Shown piece after piece: positions 59,889 to 64,000 of a DNA stretch of 64,000 nt. The notes under the pieces are model-generated. The model did no database searches. It was not told where the DNA came from and worked only from the letters and a program-made list of their open reading frames with translations. How positions within the stretch are numbered: the first letter of the stretch is position 1; each line of letters opens with the position of its first letter. This DNA comes from Candidatus Altimarinota bacterium (GTDB taxonomy: Bacteria; Patescibacteriota; Gracilibacteria; 1-14-2-50-48-13). The DNA is taken from assembly GCA_046314355.1 (NCBI GenBank), contig JBKBWQ010000001.1:128001-192000 (forward strand). Reading direction: 5' to 3'. Both the position numbers and the translations under genes were made by a program.

Positions 59889-62525
59889 ATGAAATATATA
59901 CAAAAAATAAAAAAGAGTCTCGTTGTAGTAGCATTAAGCGGAATGCTTTTCTTTGGTGGTACAAATAATGTACAGCAGGTATATGCAGCTGCTACTCCAG
60001 TAACAACAACTGCATCTGGGGATACTCTAGATAACCCTGTAGATCCAAAATTTAAGGCACAGCTTGAGCAGAGTTTTGGTACTGAGCTTGCAAATACATT
60101 TACCATGTTTGCGCTTACTATCTCTCTTGTACTGAAGTACTTGTATGTCCTTCTAATGCCGCTTCTCGCGATCATTGGAAAATTTATGAGTAATGACTGG
60201 GTAACTGGAAATGTACTCAATGTGGATATTATTATAGAAGTAGCATGGAGCTATATACGAAATCTAGTGAATGTGGCGATGATGTTTTATCTCCTCTTTA
60301 TTGCTGGATCTAATATTCTTTTTGGATATGGAGGAAAAATGCCACAGGATGCACAGAATATGCCTGAAAAGCTTCGAAAGGTGGCATTGGTATTGATCCT
60401 GGTAAATTTCTCAATGCTTTTCTGCCGTACTATTATCAATGTCTCCGGAGTTGTGACTACAGGAGCCTTTGGTATTGCTAAGCAATCAGGAGCTTTCTTT
60501 GATTCTCAGACCAAGGGGTATTTCCCATTTATATGGAAAGAGGCATTAGGGTCTAAGACTACGGTGGTTTATAAGAATGAAGCTGCAGTAACGAATGCTG
60601 GAAGTAATGACAACAAAGCAAAATTTCCTGATACTTATGCACTGGAATGTATACATAAAAACTATGCAGTAAGTTTGAAAAGTCTAAGTCTGCAGGGAGA
60701 TGGAGGAAGCATTGTTATAGCAAATCCAATCGTTAATGATAGAGGAGAGTACGACCGTGCTTGGTATCATAATTATAAAATCCTTGTGAACTCAGAAGCT
60801 GAGTATGAAACCAAGTCACAATGGGTAAAAGACAATGCTTCACCAGGTGCTGCAGGATTTGTATCATCAGAGCAGGAATTCAAGCAGGTAACGGATTCAG
60901 GCACCACAGGAGGGAAAAGGTCATATCCATATTATTCAGACTGTGTGACTGACTGGAATGATCTCTACTTCTCATCGAGAAACGCGATGTTCCTCTTTGC
61001 CTTTAATCTCATGAAGATCGGAGACTACGAAAGCGGACTTGGAAACATCAGCTCCTTTTCGGACCTCCTTTCCCGAGTAGTAATATCAGTGACATATCTA
61101 GTCGTATTCTTCGCAGTAATTCTAGCATTGGCGGTTGCGGTAATACTTAGAGGAATTATGCTCTGGTTCTTTATGGTAATGTCACCTATATGGCTGACAC
61201 TTGAAATCTTAGGGAAAAGAGATATGGCTGCCTTTAAAGGAAAAGTGGGAACAATGGAGAGTTTTATTAAACTCGCATTTATGCCGGCAGTATTAGGATT
61301 CATCCTCTCCATAGTATTTCTGATGATCAATTATCTCAAATATATTGGAAAACTAGAAGGTGCAGATGCTGGAGTGATCAGTCTTATGGGACTGAACCTG
61401 TACTTCGACGCAAACAATCCAATCATTGGTGGACTCAATAGTATGTTTGATATGATGATTGCGATCGTCACTATCGTTGCAGTCTGGTTTGCGGTGAAAA
61501 CTGCCTTTGAATTCGGATTTAAGGATACTGGTATGTTCTACGACAAGGTATACAAGCCTACAGTTGGACGTATCCTTGGTACAGCTGAACAGATTGGTAA
61601 ATACGCAGCTCAGACGCCGCTGTATGCAAGGTGGATACCGGCAGGGAAGAACAAGCTCTCTTTTGCAAACTTACGAGATATGTCTTCGACTGCTCTTCCT
61701 GCAGCTCTACAAGGCAGAGATACGGCTTCTAGAAACTTTGTAAATGATATCCTTCATCCTGAGAATGCTGATGATTACAAATTAAATGATGACAAGAGAG
61801 ATGCTCTTCATGAGAAATTAAGCACAGCAAAGGTTAGTTCTGCTGCACTTAGAAAAGTATTTAAAGATGACTTTAAGCTTTCAAATAAACCTGAGAAGAA
61901 GGTCATGCTTGATCTATTAAGTAAGATTGATCAATCAGATGGCAATAGTGATATTACGCTTGATGTAGGTGGAAAATCGGTCACTATTCCTAAAGGAACT
62001 ATAAGTGCTTTGAAAACAGATCTTAACAATAATAGAGCTGGATTAGTAACACTCCTCAATAGTGTAAAAGAAGGTAAATATGAAAAGACACCTATTACAG
62101 AAACTATGAGCAGTACTATAACTCAGATCTTGACAGGTGAAGTACCAAGCAATAGCGCAGTAAAAGCAATCAAACTTGAAGGAGATAATGTATCAGTGGG
62201 AGGAACTACAATTGGTGCTACGGATCCACTTTATACAGCTGCAACTGTCACTAATCATAAACAACTCTTAACGAAGGTAAGAGCCGCAGCAATGCCAGCC
62301 AATACTCTTCCTGCTACTACAACATTAGATACTTGGTTGCATCTTCCAGCTGGCACAAACAATAACCTTGCAAAAGCACTTGAGAAGCTTATGGATGATA
62401 TGAAGAGCAGCAATGATGGTCATGCATTTACTGCAAAGAGTTTGAAGGATTCTGGAGTGTTCGGTAATGATTGGAGTGAGGATCAAATCAAGAAGTTCTT
62501 TGGAAGTAAATATGTTGTACAATAA
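59889..62525 (+). CDS. Large polytopic membrane protein, CPR VirB6/TrbL-like
   Basis: Signal peptide, AWSYIRNLVN, LILVNFS, ILRGIMLWFFMVMSP, LAFMP pattern. Confidence 0.6.
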   Translation: MKYIQKIKKSLVVVALSGMLFFGGTNNVQQVYAAATPVTTTASGDTLDNPVDPKFKAQLEQSFGTELANTFTMFALTISLVLKYLYVLLMPLLAIIGKFMSNDWVTGNVLNVDIIIEVAWSYIRNLVNVAMMFYLLFIAGSNILFGYGGKMPQDAQNMPEKLRKVALVLILVNFSMLFCRTIINVSGVVTTGAFGIAKQSGAFFDSQTKGYFPFIWKEALGSKTTVVYKNEAAVTNAGSNDNKAKFPDTYALECIHKNYAVSLKSLSLQGDGGSIVIANPIVNDRGEYDRAWYHNYKILVNSEAEYETKSQWVKDNASPGAAGFVSSEQEFKQVTDSGTTGGKRSYPYYSDCVTDWNDLYFSSRNAMFLFAFNLMKIGDYESGLGNISSFSDLLSRVVISVTYLVVFFAVILALAVAVILRGIMLWFFMVMSPIWLTLEILGKRDMAAFKGKVGTMESFIKLAFMPAVLGFILSIVFLMINYLKYIGKLEGADAGVISLMGLNLYFDANNPIIGGLNSMFDMMIAIVTIVAVWFAVKTAFEFGFKDTGMFYDKVYKPTVGRILGTAEQIGKYAAQTPLYARWIPAGKNKLSFANLRDMSSTALPAALQGRDTASRNFVNDILHPENADDYKLNDDKRDALHEKLSTAKVSSAALRKVFKDDFKLSNKPEKKVMLDLLSKIDQSDGNSDITLDVGGKSVTIPKGTISALKTDLNNNRAGLVTLLNSVKEGKYEKTPITETMSSTITQILTGEVPSNSAVKAIKLEGDNVSVGGTTIGATDPLYTAATVTNHKQLLTKVRAAAMPANTLPATTTLDTWLHLPAGTNNNLAKALEKLMDDMKSSNDGHAFTAKSLKDSGVFGNDWSEDQIKKFFGSKYVVQ

Positions 62526-62603
62526 TTTCTCCTTGCATATGAAAATAATGAGACTAGAATCGGCGCGTGAGGAGAAAAATATTTTATTCTTTACACTATA
62601 ACT

Positions 62604-64000
62604 ATGTTCGGAAGAAATAATAGTTTCAATAGTGGCCGGGAATACGTGTCCCCGGAAGAATTGGAGAGTGAAAAGAACACACTGAAAAAGCTTGAGAGGG
62701 AGCTTGCTTTTAAAGATGTAATTGATATTCGTGCTCTAACAGGTGCAAGGTTAGAAAATGTATTTGAACTCACGTCTGCTCCAGATGTGGAAGAGAGAGA
62801 AGCGAAGATACTATTCCCTGATGCTACACAACAGGCTGAAGCATTAGTAAAAGCAAAGGATGCTTTTAAGACTGATCTTGATACAAAAAATCAGACACTC
62901 CCGGCAAATGCAAGTTTGATGGAGGTGATAGAACGCTATGTATTTAATGATAGATATTTAAGTATAAATTATACTGCATTAGGTTCAGAACAATATATAA
63001 TAGATAGAATAGTGAAACTCTCTTCTATACTTGGATTAGAATATCCTAAGTTAGGAAAGAGTCTGTATAAAACCCGCACTTATAAGATTGCAGTTGATAG
63101 TGAAGCTGTAGAAGAGAATATTGGTATTAATGCTGTAGGACTTTCCAAATTTGATTTTAAAAATCAGGAAGATTATGAAAAAGCTTATGCAATGCTCCGA
63201 ATAGAGACTATACGCAATAACAAACTTGCGATCGAGAATGTTGACTCAAAATTGCAGAAAGATTTATGGAAAATCATAGAAAATGATAGAGTACCGCATC
63301 CTAGAGATCCAGCTAAATCCTTAAGACCAGCAGGATACTATTCTGAAGATAATATTACTGAGTTCTCAGATCACCTTGTAGAAGTAATGACGAAATACTA
63401 CAAGCAGTTAAATGATGATATTTCAGAACTGGCAAAGAGAATACAGGATGAAATGATAAAAAATGGTTATGATTTGACCAAGATGGATAAGCCACTTACA
63501 CCAACCTTAGTATTAGACTTAGATAAGCTCAAAAAGGCTAATGATACGATGAAAAATTATAATAAGATCATGGAGAAAGTCATGACTCCTTTAATCACAA
63601 AGAAGAATTTTGCAGGCTCCATGACAAGTTTTACTACCGCAGGACCTACTGGAGCCGGAGGCGTCCCTACTACATATACATTTCCATCTAAGGCTTTTCT
63701 TCCAAATACCGAGGAACAGGATAAGGTAAAAGCACAGCTCAATGCAGAGATTCTAACTTTTACTGATGAAGCGGTAGAAAAGTTTTTCTCCAAAGCCTTT
63801 GGTAAAGATCCTGATGCTCACTCAAAAAAGGCAAATGATGTCCTTGCAAATAAACTTCGAAGTGATGCAAATAATGGTGGTATGAGAAGTACCTATATCA
63901 GATCTCCTGAAGAAGCTGAGAACCTTGTGAAGATTCTTACAAAGAAAGATATTCATATACGTCCTGGAGCATGGTTTAAATTTACTGGATTAAGAGATCC
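62604..64000 (+). CDS. Hypothetical protein, 3'-truncated by window edge (absent from ORF track)
   Basis: ATG at 62604 (MFGRNNSFNSG...); same frame is open at the window end (..RPGAWFKFTGLRD); middle not translated codon by codon. Confidence 0.65.
   Translation, partial: MFGRNNSFNSGREYVSPEELESEKNTLKKLERELAFKDVIDIRALTGARLENVFELTSAPDVEEREAKILFPDATQQAEALVKAKDAFKTDLDTKNQTLPANASLMEVIERYVFNDRYLSINYTALGSEQYIIDRIVKLSSILGLEYPKLGKSLYKTRTYKIAVDSEAVEENIGINAVGLSKFDFKNQEDYEKAYAMLRIETIRNNKLAIENVDSKLQKDLWKIIENDRVPHPRDPAKSLRPAGYYSEDNITEFSDHLVEVMTKYYKQLNDDISELAKRIQDEMIKNGYDLTKMDKPLTPTLVLDLDKLKKANDTMKNYNKIMEKVMTPLITKKNFAGSMTSFTTAGPTGAGGVPTTYTFPSKAFLPNTEEQDKVKAQLNAEILTFTDEAVEKFFSKAFGKDPDAHSKKANDVLANKLRSDANNGGMRSTYIRSPEEAENLVKILTKKDIHIRPGAWFKFTGLRD

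Noticed and set aside
1108-63793. Many short antisense or out-of-frame ORFs inside genes
   Set aside because: Shadow ORFs of well-supported genes, without motifs or expression signals
1-64000. Alternative genetic code 25 (TGA=Gly, Gracilibacteria/SR1)
   Set aside because: Conserved genes are full length under code 11 and several end at TGA (8151, 17977, 23201)

Overview
AT-rich bacterial chromosomal window read in standard code 11 (TGA is used as a stop). Gene content, mostly SD-less housekeeping genes, a long MacA-type adaptor, SLH proteins and a VirB6-like membrane protein suggest a Patescibacteria/CPR genome, possibly Peregrinibacteria-like; this is inference. Housekeeping genes: leuS, cmk, CCA enzyme, tig, folD, lepB, holA, UvrD-nuclease, recG, yidD, SUF genes, gpmA and an RluA/RluD-family pseudouridine synthase. 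Also present: a MarR-MacAB-type efflux operon, three tandem secreted GH99-like proteins and a CHASE2 cyclase. I found no tRNA, rRNA, CRISPR or transposase. Main unannotated signals: (1) an ilv-type Leu/Val/Ile leader-peptide attenuator (40745-40923, minus) in front of a RelA/SpoT-like nucleotidyltransferase gene; (2) a ~224-nt ORF-free multibranch RNA with its own promoter and terminator (52240-52463, minus); (3) three copies of a palindromic array of ~13-bp AATAATTGGGCTC units next to promoters; (4) an ART-like ORF inside the SUF operon; (5) several apparent pseudoenzymes; (6) stand-alone ORFan cassettes with SD sites. All family calls come from reading motifs by eye; no database searches were run.
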